From positions 19,731-83,730 of the forward strand of contig CAZTJO010000005.1 of NCBI GenBank assembly GCA_964614095.1: a DNA stretch of 64,000 nucleotides, in the 5' to 3' direction. Shown here in pieces: positions 27,831 through 37,535 of the stretch. Numbering within the stretch: position 1 is the first letter of the stretch; each line of letters begins with the position of its first letter. Source of the DNA: an uncultured Acidimicrobiia bacterium (lineage in GTDB: Bacteria > Actinomycetota > Acidimicrobiia > Spongiisociales > UBA11373). A model generated the notes under the pieces. The model worked only from the letters and a program-made list of their open reading frames with translations, searched no databases and had not been told where the DNA came from. The position numbers and the translations under genes were made by a program.

Positions 27831-28808
27831 TCAACCGACAGACGACGCGGCCCAGGCGATCTCGAGCAGCAGCGGGCGGTGGTCCGACCCGCAGTCGGGT
27901 CCGGTCCTGCGATCGCCCGACACAAGATCCGGAGTGTGAAGCGCATGATCGATGGGGATCATCAGTGGACCCAACCCGGTTTTCCATGTGGGCTGCAGCC
28001 CGGACCCCCGCAGTGAGTCACTCAAGCCGCCGCGCCCGCGCAACGACTGGTGCGCATGTGACCACGGCGTTGCGTTGAGATCACCAATGACAACTACGGA
28101 TGCCCCCTCAGCCCCCACCCAGTCGCCGGCGTCGGCAAGCAGCCGGTCGCGAGCCTCGGCCCTGCTGCTTGAGGTCGGCGACAAGGGGTGAAGACCGAGC
28201 ACCGTCAACCTTTCGCCGTCCAGGTCCACGCTCACCGCCGCTGCCTCCCACACATCAAAGGGCACCGCCACAACACGGGCATCCAGCGACGGCCTTGCCA
28301 GCACCGTGATTCCGGCAAGGCGGTCACCCGGCACCCGCGTCACCAGCGACAGCTGCAGGCCAGCCGCCTGCGCCGAGTCCTCCCACTCGAAGCTGCTCTC
28401 GTATAGGAACACAACATCGGGATCCTCTGATCGCAGCCATTCCATGACCTCACTCCGTGCCGGGTTGCTGATGCCGACGTTGAAGGAGACGATCTCGAGG
28501 TGGGGCGTCTCATCGCCGATGCCGGGACGAACTCCAAAGAGGTACGGCCAGATGAGCACGAGATTGACCAGAGCCACCACACCGAACACCAGGGCGCACT
28601 TGTATGCCCGCAGCGCCAGCAGGACCGCTCCGAGCAGCGCCAGGCCCGCGGCGTACTGCGGCCGGAAGTTTGCCGCCAGATCGAGCGGCCACCAGCACGA
28701 GCCGACAAACCCGGCCACACTGGCGATGGCCGCCACACCTGCGACCGCGGCAACGATCACTATCGAGAGCCGGCGCAGCTTCTGGGCGACGGCACGGTAC
28801 ATCGACAC
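27831..28808 (-). CDS. Endonuclease/exonuclease/phosphatase family membrane protein
   Basis: N-terminal TM helices, SFNV, H..SP, VIGDLNATPWS, IDHAL, GSDH.P. Confidence 0.9.
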   Translation of the reverse strand: MSMYRAVAQKLRRLSIVIVAAVAGVAAIASVAGFVGSCWWPLDLAANFRPQYAAGLALLGAVLLALRAYKCALVFGVVALVNLVLIWPYLFGVRPGIGDETPHLEIVSFNVGISNPARSEVMEWLRSEDPDVVFLYESSFEWEDSAQAAGLQLSLVTRVPGDRLAGITVLARPSLDARVVAVPFDVWEAAAVSVDLDGERLTVLGLHPLSPTSSSRAEARDRLLADAGDWVGAEGASVVVIGDLNATPWSHAHQSLRGRGGLSDSLRGSGLQPTWKTGLGPLMIPIDHALHTPDLVSGDRRTGPDCGSDHRPLLLEIAWAASSVG

Positions 28809-28840
28809 GATTGCTCCCTGGATCCAGCAGGAGCCCGAAA

Positions 28841-30643
28841 CTAGAACGCGGCGTCGTCCAGCGCCATCAGGTCACCCTGCTCGGCCTCGGCAAGGTTACG
28901 ACGTATTGCCGCCTTCGGAAGCATGTTGGCGGCGAACCATCGCGCCGAGGCGATCTTGCCTTCATAGAAGTGACGATCGGTTGCCGCTTCGAGAGAACGC
29001 TCGGCAATCTCGGCGTGCCGCAGGAGGAGCCAGCCGACAACCACCTCGGCCAGGCCCTCCAGCAGCGAGTTTGTATGCAGTGCCACCTTGTACAGATGTT
29101 CAGGCTCCTCCATGGATGCCAAGGCGCTCGTCACCATGGCGCCAATCTGGTTCTGCACGTCCTCGACGGCCACACCCAGCAGCTTGCGCTCCTTGGTAAA
29201 GGCGTCCTCCCCGTCACCACCTTTCACCGTCTCCATCAACGTCGCAGCAAACCGGGTCAACGTCACCCCTTGATCGCGGGCGATCTTGCGGAAAAAGAGG
29301 TCGAGCGCCTGTATGCCCGTGGTGCCCTCGTAGATGCTGTCGATCTTCGCGTCGCGGATGTACTGCTCCACCGGATAGTCCGTGGTGAAGCCGGAGCCAC
29401 CCAACACCTGCAGCGACTGGCCCAGCACCTCGTACGCCCGCTCCGAGCAGTACCCCTTCACCAGCGGACACAGGAGTCCGGAGAGTTTTGCCCAATATTC
29501 GTCGTCGGGATGCAGCACCACCTGGTCGAGCACCCAGGCGGTGTACAGGACGAGCGCCCGCATGCCTTCGGCGTGAGCCTTCTGCAGCATGAGCATGCGG
29601 CGTACGTCGGGATGCTTGATGATCGGCACTCGCGGCGCCTCCGGATCTCGTGACTGAGTGAGATCCGACCCCTGGATACGGTCCCGCGCATAGGCGAGAG
29701 CATTGAGGTACGCCGTCGACAACGTCGCCGCAGACTTCGAGCCTATGGTCAATCGAGCGTCTTCGATGACTAAGAACATCTGCTTGATGCCTTCGTGCAC
29801 CCCGCCAACCAGATATCCCTCACACGGTCCCTCGAGGCCGAAGGCGATCTCACACGTGGTTGAGCCCCTGATGCCCATCTTGTCCTCGAGCCGTGTCGTG
29901 ACCACGCCGTTGCGCTCGCCGATGCTTCCGTCGGCGTTCACCAAATGCTTGGGCACGATGAACATGGAGAGACCCTTAGTGCCGGGACGGGCCCCCTCCG
30001 GACGGGCCAGAACCAGGTGCACGATGTTCTCGAAGTAGTCGTTGTCGCCACCGGTGACGAACCGCTTCACCCCCTCGATGTGGTAGGTGTTCCCCTCCAC
30101 GTGACGAGCCTTGGTGGTGGCAGCCCCGACATCCGAGCCGGCATCGGCCTCCGTCAGCACCATGGTTGCCCCCCAGCGCCGGTCCAGCATGCGTTGGGCC
30201 CAGCATTTCCGCTGCTCCTCAGTACCCACCTTGTCGATGACGTACGCCATCAGCGGTCCTCCGATGTAGAGGAATACCGCCGGGTTTGCCCCCACAAACA
30301 GCTCCTGAACCGCCCATCGGAGCGAGGGTGGTGCCCCGTACCCACCCAATCTCTCGGGCAGGCCGATTCGATCCCAGCCGCCGGCGAAGTAAGCGTCGAG
30401 ACTGCCGTGCACGGATTCGGGCAGCTTGACCTCGCCATTCACCAGCTCGGGCTCTTCCCGGTCCGCATCGACAAATGACGCGGCGAACTGCTCCACGGCG
30501 AGGCGGTTGACCTCACGCAAGATGTCGCCGGCGCTTTTGAGGTCGATGGAGGCAAACGGCTCCCTGCCCAGGTAGTCCTGGATGAGGTTCGCCTCAAAAA
30601 GATTGAACTCGATATCACGAAAGTCGGCCAAGTAGTGCGACAT
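28841..30643 (-). CDS. Acyl-CoA dehydrogenase (FadE5-like)
   Basis: MVLTE..AGSDVG, G.KRF.TGG, GTKGLS.F.VPK, EDKMGI.GS.TC, Q.LGGSG...DYP.EQY.RDAKID..YEGTTGIQA.D. Confidence 0.95.
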   Translation of the reverse strand: MSHYLADFRDIEFNLFEANLIQDYLGREPFASIDLKSAGDILREVNRLAVEQFAASFVDADREEPELVNGEVKLPESVHGSLDAYFAGGWDRIGLPERLGGYGAPPSLRWAVQELFVGANPAVFLYIGGPLMAYVIDKVGTEEQRKCWAQRMLDRRWGATMVLTEADAGSDVGAATTKARHVEGNTYHIEGVKRFVTGGDNDYFENIVHLVLARPEGARPGTKGLSMFIVPKHLVNADGSIGERNGVVTTRLEDKMGIRGSTTCEIAFGLEGPCEGYLVGGVHEGIKQMFLVIEDARLTIGSKSAATLSTAYLNALAYARDRIQGSDLTQSRDPEAPRVPIIKHPDVRRMLMLQKAHAEGMRALVLYTAWVLDQVVLHPDDEYWAKLSGLLCPLVKGYCSERAYEVLGQSLQVLGGSGFTTDYPVEQYIRDAKIDSIYEGTTGIQALDLFFRKIARDQGVTLTRFAATLMETVKGGDGEDAFTKERKLLGVAVEDVQNQIGAMVTSALASMEEPEHLYKVALHTNSLLEGLAEVVVGWLLLRHAEIAERSLEAATDRHFYEGKIASARWFAANMLPKAAIRRNLAEAEQGDLMALDDAAF

Positions 30644-30713
30644 GGCTCCTCAATTCGCCGATTTTGAGCGATCGTCCTAATTTGAGTATACGTAGCCAGC
30701 AAGGGAGACAGAC

Positions 30714-31286
30714 GTGCGGCGATACCGGCCCGGCATGGAGACACAACGCCGCATACTCGAGGCCATCCGCTCACTTCTCTCCGAGGGTGGCCTTACAGCA
30801 GCAACGGTGCGCGCCATATGCGAGCGCGCTGGAATCCGGCCCGGCTCCTTCTACAACCTCTTTTCCAGCAAGGAATCTGCCATTGTCACCGTCGTCCGTG
30901 AAGCGCTCGAGGCAGTCGACCCCGACCCCGATCACACCGGACGCGACACCATCGAGGATCTCATCGATGCTTTTGTGTGTTTTGTCGACGGACGGCCCAC
31001 GCTGGCCCGCATCTACATGCAGATGGCTGTCACATCTCCAGGCAGCGATAGCCACCTCGCCGCCCGGATCCTTCGCCACCACCGCAATCGTCTCGAACGT
31101 TTCACCATCGCCTTGGCACGAAATGATCCGAAACGCACAGGATTCGAAACAGCCCGCGGCGCCGAGCTGCTGCTGGCCGCCCTCAACGGCCTGGCCCTCT
31201 CCAAGATCGTGGATCCTGATCTCGACTTCGGCGCCCACGCCCGGAGCCTGCTTGCCGCCCCGCTGATCGTCGGCTCACGAACCTAG
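30714..31286 (+). CDS. TetR/AcrR family transcriptional regulator
   Basis: IL.A...L..GG....TVRAICERAGI..GSFYNLFSSKE; divergent from the acyl-CoA dehydrogenase. Confidence 0.9.
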   Translation: MRRYRPGMETQRRILEAIRSLLSEGGLTAATVRAICERAGIRPGSFYNLFSSKESAIVTVVREALEAVDPDPDHTGRDTIEDLIDAFVCFVDGRPTLARIYMQMAVTSPGSDSHLAARILRHHRNRLERFTIALARNDPKRTGFETARGAELLLAALNGLALSKIVDPDLDFGAHARSLLAAPLIVGSRT

Positions 31287-32740
31287 GCAGACCCGGTGGC
31301 GCGCACGATGAGGCGCCGGTAGAACGCAACCGCGCCATCGGCATCTGCGAGGCGCAAACGCTCTCCGACACCGTGCACCCGGCTCAAGTCATCCCCTCCA
31401 ACACGAAACGGGATGAACCGATAAACCGCATCGGCCAGACGTAAGAAGTGCCGCGAGTCGGTAGCGCCCATGACTATCCACGGAGCAACCACGGTGTCGG
31501 GAAACACATCGTCGATGGTGTCGGCGATGGTGCGGAACGATTCCGATCCTGGGTCTGACAGCGGCGAAGGATCCGGCGAGAAGCTGCTGGCCAACTCCGC
31601 CACTTGAACGCCGTCGCCGACGACGCGGCGCACGTGGGCCAGCACATCATCGGCGGTGTCGCCCGGGATCACCCTGAAGTTCACCACCGCCCGGGCCTGC
31701 TGCGGAAGCACGTTCGCCCTGACTCCCCCTTCAATGATCGTCACCGCGCCCGTCGTCCGGGCGAGAGCATCCGACAGCGGTGTCGATTGATGGCTACGCC
31801 CACCAAGCAGGCTTGTGGCGCGCCGGGCCAAAGCCTTGCGCGGAAACACCGCGGCAAGAACCTCCCTCTGCACGTCTCCCCGCGCCGGCATCGGCTGTTC
31901 TTCGAGCCGGGCGACTGCGGCGGCAAGACGCCCCACGGCGGTGTGGGCCGGTGGCACGGACGAGTGCCCACCGGGGCCGGTGACGCTCAGCTCCACGTTC
32001 AGATAGCCCTTCTCTCCGATCCCCAGCAGGGCAATCGGCTCCGCGGCCCCGCCGATCAGTTGTTCGCCGATGACGCCGCCCTCGTCGAGCACAAATCCAA
32101 ACCGAACCCCACGCACCGCAAGCATGTCGGCGACGGCGGCGGCACCGGCCGCTCCGCCGGTCTCCTCGTCGTGCCCAAGCGAGATGTACACAGATGCCTC
32201 GGGTGCATAACCCTCGGTAAGCAGACTCTCCACCGCCTCGAATATGGCGATGAGCGGCCCTTTGTCGTCGAGGGCACCTCGTCCATAAAGATGGAAGTCG
32301 CTGCGCTCACCGGCAAATGGAGGAAACTCCCATTGCGCTTCGGTGCCCGGCTCCACCGGGACAACATCCATGTGCGCCATCAGAAGCACCGGAGCGGCTT
32401 CGGCGCGCCTGCCCTCCCACACGTACAGCAATGAGTGCCCGGCCACGATCTCGTGCTCGAGCCGCTGGTAAGTCAATGGGTAGGTTCGCCTCAGGAAGGC
32501 GTGGAAGTCATCAAACGGGGCCGCATCAACAAGGTCTGCGTCCTCGTGTCCAACGGTGCGAATCTGCACCGCCTCGGCCAGATGATCCAGGAAGGCGACC
32601 CCGAGAGGGCCCGGCTGCGCGGACTTGAGAGCAGCACCGCCGGAGTCCCTGCTGCTCCAGCGCCGCCTCAGGGCGACGGCCGCAGCAGCGCCGAGCCCGG
32701 CGCCTGCCACAAAGCCGATACGTCTTCTGGTCGACATCAA
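31283..32740 (-). CDS. M20 metallopeptidase (carboxypeptidase S/PM20D1-like)
   Basis: LLMAHMDVVP, GRGALDDK, HDEE, VLDEG, EKG, GGHSS.PP, GATDSRHF, VHG..E. Confidence 0.92.
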   Translation of the reverse strand: MMSTRRRIGFVAGAGLGAAAAVALRRRWSSRDSGGAALKSAQPGPLGVAFLDHLAEAVQIRTVGHEDADLVDAAPFDDFHAFLRRTYPLTYQRLEHEIVAGHSLLYVWEGRRAEAAPVLLMAHMDVVPVEPGTEAQWEFPPFAGERSDFHLYGRGALDDKGPLIAIFEAVESLLTEGYAPEASVYISLGHDEETGGAAGAAAVADMLAVRGVRFGFVLDEGGVIGEQLIGGAAEPIALLGIGEKGYLNVELSVTGPGGHSSVPPAHTAVGRLAAAVARLEEQPMPARGDVQREVLAAVFPRKALARRATSLLGGRSHQSTPLSDALARTTGAVTIIEGGVRANVLPQQARAVVNFRVIPGDTADDVLAHVRRVVGDGVQVAELASSFSPDPSPLSDPGSESFRTIADTIDDVFPDTVVAPWIVMGATDSRHFLRLADAVYRFIPFRVGGDDLSRVHGVGERLRLADADGAVAFYRRLIVRATGSA

Positions 32741-32815
32741 TCCCCCGGTGTTTGATGCTACGCCGCAGCCACCCGCTCCGACTGCCCTCGATTCGCCCGT
32801 CTAGGGTGAGGTGCT

Positions 32816-33826
32816 GTGCACTGGCTCGATCGTGTCGCCGCACACACCCTGGCCCGCACCCCCCCGCACCGGCGGGTATTCCGCCATGGCTGGGGTGATA
32901 TCGACATCCTCGATTACTACGTGGCCAACGCCAGACACGCCCCACCCATACCGAAAATCCCGTTCACCACGCAGCCGGCAAGGCGCGAGGACGGCATAGT
33001 AATCCAGGATCTCACCTTCGAGAGCCCCGGCGAGAACCTGCCGGAACCGGCCCGCCTAGCTCGGGCCCGGCTGATCACCACCGATGAGGAACCGGAGCGC
33101 CTGGTTCTGCTCGCCGCAGCCTGGAATGAACACGGCTATGCACCCCGTACCAAGCTGGCCCATGTCCTCGCCGAACGCGGAATCGCGTCCGTCATGCTCG
33201 AGCAGCCCTTCTACGGAGCACGTAGTCCCGCGCCCGACGGCGACCAGCCCATCGCCCGTGTTTCGGACTTCGCCGTCATGGGGCGAAGCGCCGTTGGCGA
33301 AGGCCGGGTGCTTGCCGATCACTTCCGCCGCCTCGGCTACACCGTTGGGGTCAGCGGCTTCAGCATGGGAGGCAATACCGCCGCGTATGTTGCTGCCACG
33401 GTGCCCTTTGCGGTGGCGGCGGCTCCGATCGCGGCCGCCCACTCTGCAGCACCTCCCTTCCTCCATGGTCTTGTCGGTCTCACCTTCGACTGGGACGCCC
33501 TCGGAGGCGACAACCCCGACACCAGACATCGGCTGTACGATTTCCTGCTCTCGGCCAGCGTCCTGTACTTCAACCCGCCGGCCGCACCGGAAGCCGCCGT
33601 CCTGCTGGCGGCGACTCGAGACGGCTACGTTCCCACAAGTTCGGTTCAGGCCATCCACCGCCACTGGCCCGGATCAAGTATGCGATGGGCCAACGCCGGC
33701 CACGGGAGCCTGCTCTGGCACCACAAGCACCGCTTCGTCGAGGTTATCGTCGACTCATTCGACCGCCTCGCCGGGGCAAACTCGGCTTCCGGGGGCGGGC
33801 CCGATCTGCCCGCGGTCGCCGGATAA
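32816..33826 (+). CDS. Alpha/beta hydrolase (ABHD18/DUF2048-like)
   Basis: F..GWG N-terminus, LEQPFYG.R.P, nucleophile G.SMGG, D.YVP, WPGS..RW..GH. Confidence 0.8.
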   Translation: MHWLDRVAAHTLARTPPHRRVFRHGWGDIDILDYYVANARHAPPIPKIPFTTQPARREDGIVIQDLTFESPGENLPEPARLARARLITTDEEPERLVLLAAAWNEHGYAPRTKLAHVLAERGIASVMLEQPFYGARSPAPDGDQPIARVSDFAVMGRSAVGEGRVLADHFRRLGYTVGVSGFSMGGNTAAYVAATVPFAVAAAPIAAAHSAAPPFLHGLVGLTFDWDALGGDNPDTRHRLYDFLLSASVLYFNPPAAPEAAVLLAATRDGYVPTSSVQAIHRHWPGSSMRWANAGHGSLLWHHKHRFVEVIVDSFDRLAGANSASGGGPDLPAVAG

Positions 33827-33852
33827 ATTCCGGTTCTCATAGGAGCACTGAA

Positions 33853-34641
33853 ATGACAAGAATCCGTCATATGAACAGCACACCCGAACAAGGCCGCATG
33901 CGGCGCCTTCGTGCCGGGAACATCATCGTCGGCCTGGTGCACCTCGCCCAGGCCGCGGCCATCCTCGCCCTCAGCAACGAATTCGCCATACCGGTATCGG
34001 CGGCCTACCAGAAAGGCCCCCCGGGCACGGCCCTGCCCGAACCGACCACAGTTTTCGACGTCCGCTACGGCGTGGCCGTTGCCTTGTTCCTGGGACTCGC
34101 CGCCCTCGACCACCTGCTCGTCGCCACCCCCAGGATTGTGGGCTGGTACGAGAGGAACCTGCGCAACACCATCAACTACGCCCGTTGGATCGAGTACTCG
34201 GTGAGCGCCTCGATCATGGTTGTGCTCATCGCCATGCTCACCGGCATCACCAACATCTTCGCACTGATCGGCCTGTTTGGAGCCAATGCCGCCATGATCC
34301 TGTTCGGTCTGCTCATGGAGCGGGTGAACCAGGGCCGGGACAAGGTCGATTGGTGGCCGTTCGTGTTCGGCTCCATCATCGGAATAGTGCCTTGGATCGC
34401 TATCGGTCTTGCCCTGGGAGGAGCACAGGCGACCCACGGAGGTGTGCCCGGGTTTGTGTTCGGGATCTTCGTGTCGCTGTTTGTCTTCTTCAACAGCTTC
34501 GCTGTCAACCAGGTGCTCCAGTACCGCGGCGTGGGAAAATGGAGGGACTACCTGTACGGCGAGAAGGCCTACATAGTGCTCAGCCTCGCCGCCAAGAGTG
34601 CACTCGCCTGGCAGGTGTTCGGCGGCACGCTCGCCGGCTGA
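33853..34641 (+). CDS. Heliorhodopsin
   Basis: HLAQ (H23-equivalent), DH (H80), NYARWIEYS (R104/E107), NQ.LQY, YGEKAY..LSL.AKS.LAWQ (retinal Lys). AGGAG RBS at 33841. Confidence 0.95.
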   Translation: MTRIRHMNSTPEQGRMRRLRAGNIIVGLVHLAQAAAILALSNEFAIPVSAAYQKGPPGTALPEPTTVFDVRYGVAVALFLGLAALDHLLVATPRIVGWYERNLRNTINYARWIEYSVSASIMVVLIAMLTGITNIFALIGLFGANAAMILFGLLMERVNQGRDKVDWWPFVFGSIIGIVPWIAIGLALGGAQATHGGVPGFVFGIFVSLFVFFNSFAVNQVLQYRGVGKWRDYLYGEKAYIVLSLAAKSALAWQVFGGTLAG

Positions 34642-34848
34642 TTGCGCCGGCAACCCGTGGCACGAGCTCGGCGCCGTACGTTGGAGCCGGCGCCATGGCC
34701 CGCCCGGCGTCGGATAAAGTCTGACCAGGCAACATGATCAGTCCCGGGGAGTGGAACATGTTTGCCTCACCTACACCCTTTTGATCCCGGGCGAGCAGCA
34801 GGCTCCCGAGTTCCCCGGCGCCCCAGCAGCAAGACTGGATCGAGGATC

Positions 34849-36270
34849 ATGAAATCCCGCAAGAAGAAAGACCACGGCCTGCGGTTCCCGCTCATGGCCC
34901 TGCTGCTAACCGTGGCCCTGGGTGCCCTCATCCTTGCCGCCGTGTCTTGGGGCGTCCGTAATGAAGAGAGGGACCTCACCGGGCGCGCCGAGGCCGTGCT
35001 CGCCGGCACCGACCTGGATGTCGAGTTCGAGGGACGTTATGCGGTTCTTGCGGGATTTGTCTCGAACCAGCTGGCCCTCGACGAAGCCGCCGCCTCGGTC
35101 GAAGAGCTACGCGGCGTACACAGCATCAACACCGATGCCGTTCTCATCGCGACCGAGGCTGTAGACAACGGTGCCGGGCCGGGTGTCGCACACGTCGATG
35201 CCGTAGTCCGAGCCGACGCTATCACGCTGTCCGGCGTCGTGCCCGACCAAGCCGCCGTAGACGCCATCGTGGCCGCCGCTGAGGAGAGGTTCGGGGCCGA
35301 CTCCGTCATCAATGAGCTCCTGGTCAACCCCGATGTCTCCGCCCCGGAATGGCTTGCCACCGTACCTGGGGTGCTGCGAGTGATGGATGGGTTCACCGAG
35401 GGCGGCGTCGGATTCTCGGGCACCGAGGTTCTGATCGCCGGTATCGTCGACTCGGCGCCGGCACGGGCCAATCTCGTCGATGCCGTGACCGCGGCGGTGG
35501 GTGACACCGCCACCGTCGAATACCAGCTTCTGGTGGTCGTCGTGGACCCTCCTACGCTCGGGGCCGTGTTCGATCAAGGAACCCTCACCCTGCGCGGGCT
35601 CCTGCCCGACGAGTCCTTGGTCGACGACATCGCCGCGGCCGCAGAGGCGAGCTTCGGAGCCGCAAACGTGGACGACCGGCTCACCGCCGGCGACTCGGTC
35701 GGTTCGCCGCCTTATCTCGAATCCATTCCCGGGATCTTTGCCGACCTGGCCCAGCTCGACGCCTGGACCATCACCCTCCAGGACGATGTCATCACCATCT
35801 GGGGCCGAGGCTCTGCAGAGGCCGTGTCGACTGCCGACGCTGCGCTTGCCGGCCTCGTCGCCGAAGACCTCGAGGTCATCGTCGATCTCGAAGACAACAA
35901 CAGCAGCATCGCCTCATTTCTCACCGAGCTGCTAAGCGGTTCCAGCAACTTCGAGACGGGAAGCGCCGTCCTCAGCGCCGAGGCAAAGGACCTGCTCGAT
36001 GTTGCCATCGATGTCCTGCTCGACAACCCCAATGCAGAGTTGGTTGTCGAGGGTCACACAGACAACGTCGGGGATGCCCAGTTCAACCTGGCCCTGAGCG
36101 AGGCCAGGGCACAGGCCGTCGTCGACTATCTCGTCGCCGGCGGCGTCTCTGCGGACCGGCTCTCGGCGATCGGCTTCGGTGAGAGTGACCCCATCGCCAA
36201 CAACTCCACCGAAGAGGGCAGAGCACAGAACCGGCGCATCGAGTTTGTGATCCAGGAAGGAGACGGCTGA
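34849..36270 (+). CDS. OmpA-family peptidoglycan-binding protein with N-terminal TM and multiple BON-like domains
   Basis: TM anchor, repeated TL.G..P..A...I.AAAE..FGA..V.D.L units, C-terminal F.TGSA.L...EGHTD..G....N..LSEARA..V...GFGE..P...NRRIEF. Confidence 0.88.
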   Translation: MKSRKKKDHGLRFPLMALLLTVALGALILAAVSWGVRNEERDLTGRAEAVLAGTDLDVEFEGRYAVLAGFVSNQLALDEAAASVEELRGVHSINTDAVLIATEAVDNGAGPGVAHVDAVVRADAITLSGVVPDQAAVDAIVAAAEERFGADSVINELLVNPDVSAPEWLATVPGVLRVMDGFTEGGVGFSGTEVLIAGIVDSAPARANLVDAVTAAVGDTATVEYQLLVVVVDPPTLGAVFDQGTLTLRGLLPDESLVDDIAAAAEASFGAANVDDRLTAGDSVGSPPYLESIPGIFADLAQLDAWTITLQDDVITIWGRGSAEAVSTADAALAGLVAEDLEVIVDLEDNNSSIASFLTELLSGSSNFETGSAVLSAEAKDLLDVAIDVLLDNPNAELVVEGHTDNVGDAQFNLALSEARAQAVVDYLVAGGVSADRLSAIGFGESDPIANNSTEEGRAQNRRIEFVIQEGDG

Positions 36271-37505
36271 TGCGAGGCACCGAATACGCCATCCTTGAGA
36301 TCATCTGGTGGATGCTGGCCGCTGCCTTCATCGGCTTCCTCATTGGATGGATCGTGCGCCGCTTCTTCCTGCAGCGCACACTGGAGCGTGAGTACCAAAC
36401 CAAGCTCGGCACCGCACACGAGCAGGCGGCGCATCTGCGCGAAGAACTGAACGAGTGGAAGCTGAGCGTTTCCGCCCTCGACAAGCGGCTGACCAAGACC
36501 GGGGCCGATCTCGCCGGTGTTCGGGACGACGCGGCCGAGAAGACCGCCGGCCTCGAGGCCCGAGCCAGAGAGCTGGCAGAGGCACGATCCATCATGGAGA
36601 AGCAGCAGTCGGCGCTTGTTGAACTGCAGAGTGAGATGACCACTCGGCAGAGCGAGCTCGAGTCGGCAACTGAAGGTATCAGCCAACTCGAATCCACCAT
36701 CAAGAGCCTGCGGCAGGATCTCGAGACGGCGCAACAGAAGACCGACGATACGGAGAGCCGGTTCGGCGGCATCATCAAAGACAAAGATGCCGAAATCTCC
36801 CGCCTCGTCGAAGAGGCTGCTGCAATCCCCTCCCTCGAGGCTGAGTTGGAGCAGCAGTCACTGGGCATCGGCGACCTCGAACGCCACCTAGAGGAGAGCC
36901 GGGAACGTCTCGGCCGCCTCGAAGAGGAACTCGCCACCGTCACAGAAGATCTTGCCCGCGGCGACGCCGGTCTATCGGAGCGAGATGATCGCATCTCCGA
37001 GCTGACGGCGCAGCTCGCCGCGATTCCTCAAGAGCGGGCAGAGACACTGGCCGAGCTGGAGGAACGCGATGAACGCATCACCGAGCTGGAAGCTCAGCTG
37101 TACTCGGCCGTCCAGGATCAGATCGAAAGCACTGCCGAACTCCACGAAAGGGATGAACGAATCGCCCAGCTCGAGTCCAGACTGGGCCTCTCCGGATGGC
37201 AGGAGCCCCGGTACCCCGATCGCGACACCGCCATCGTGCGCATGGCTGAGATCGCACAGCGCACTCGCGGCTCGGGCCCCATCGTCGACGACGACCTCAA
37301 GCTGATTCACGGGGTGGGGCCGCAGCTGGAGCGGCTGCTCAAGAGCCTCGGCATCACGAGCTTCCGGCAAGTGGCCAACCTCCAGACCGACGACATCGCC
37401 TACGTCTCCGCAGCGCTGTCCGCTTTCCCCGGCCGCATCGAACGCGACAACTGGATGGCGAGCGCAGCCGAACAGCACCGAAAGATGTACGGCGAGCCGC
37501 CCTAG
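36270..37505 (+). CDS. TM + long coiled coil + C-terminal HhH (NuoE-C/COG3743-like) protein
   Basis: IGFLIGW TM helix, about 270 aa of heptad-rich helix, DDLKLIHGVGP..E..L..LGI.SF.Q.A...GRI.RDNW. Stop/start overlap (TGATG) with the OmpA gene. Confidence 0.8.
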   Translation: MRGTEYAILEIIWWMLAAAFIGFLIGWIVRRFFLQRTLEREYQTKLGTAHEQAAHLREELNEWKLSVSALDKRLTKTGADLAGVRDDAAEKTAGLEARARELAEARSIMEKQQSALVELQSEMTTRQSELESATEGISQLESTIKSLRQDLETAQQKTDDTESRFGGIIKDKDAEISRLVEEAAAIPSLEAELEQQSLGIGDLERHLEESRERLGRLEEELATVTEDLARGDAGLSERDDRISELTAQLAAIPQERAETLAELEERDERITELEAQLYSAVQDQIESTAELHERDERIAQLESRLGLSGWQEPRYPDRDTAIVRMAEIAQRTRGSGPIVDDDLKLIHGVGPQLERLLKSLGITSFRQVANLQTDDIAYVSAALSAFPGRIERDNWMASAAEQHRKMYGEPP

Positions 37506-37535
37506 AGCCGAGCCGCATTCAACGAGGAGGTCTCT

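Noticed and set aside
1-34641. Functional link between glnE and the heliorhodopsin (some HeRs are reported to affect glutamine synthetase)
   Set aside because: The genes are over 31 kb apart with many unrelated genes between them, and glnA is not in the window.
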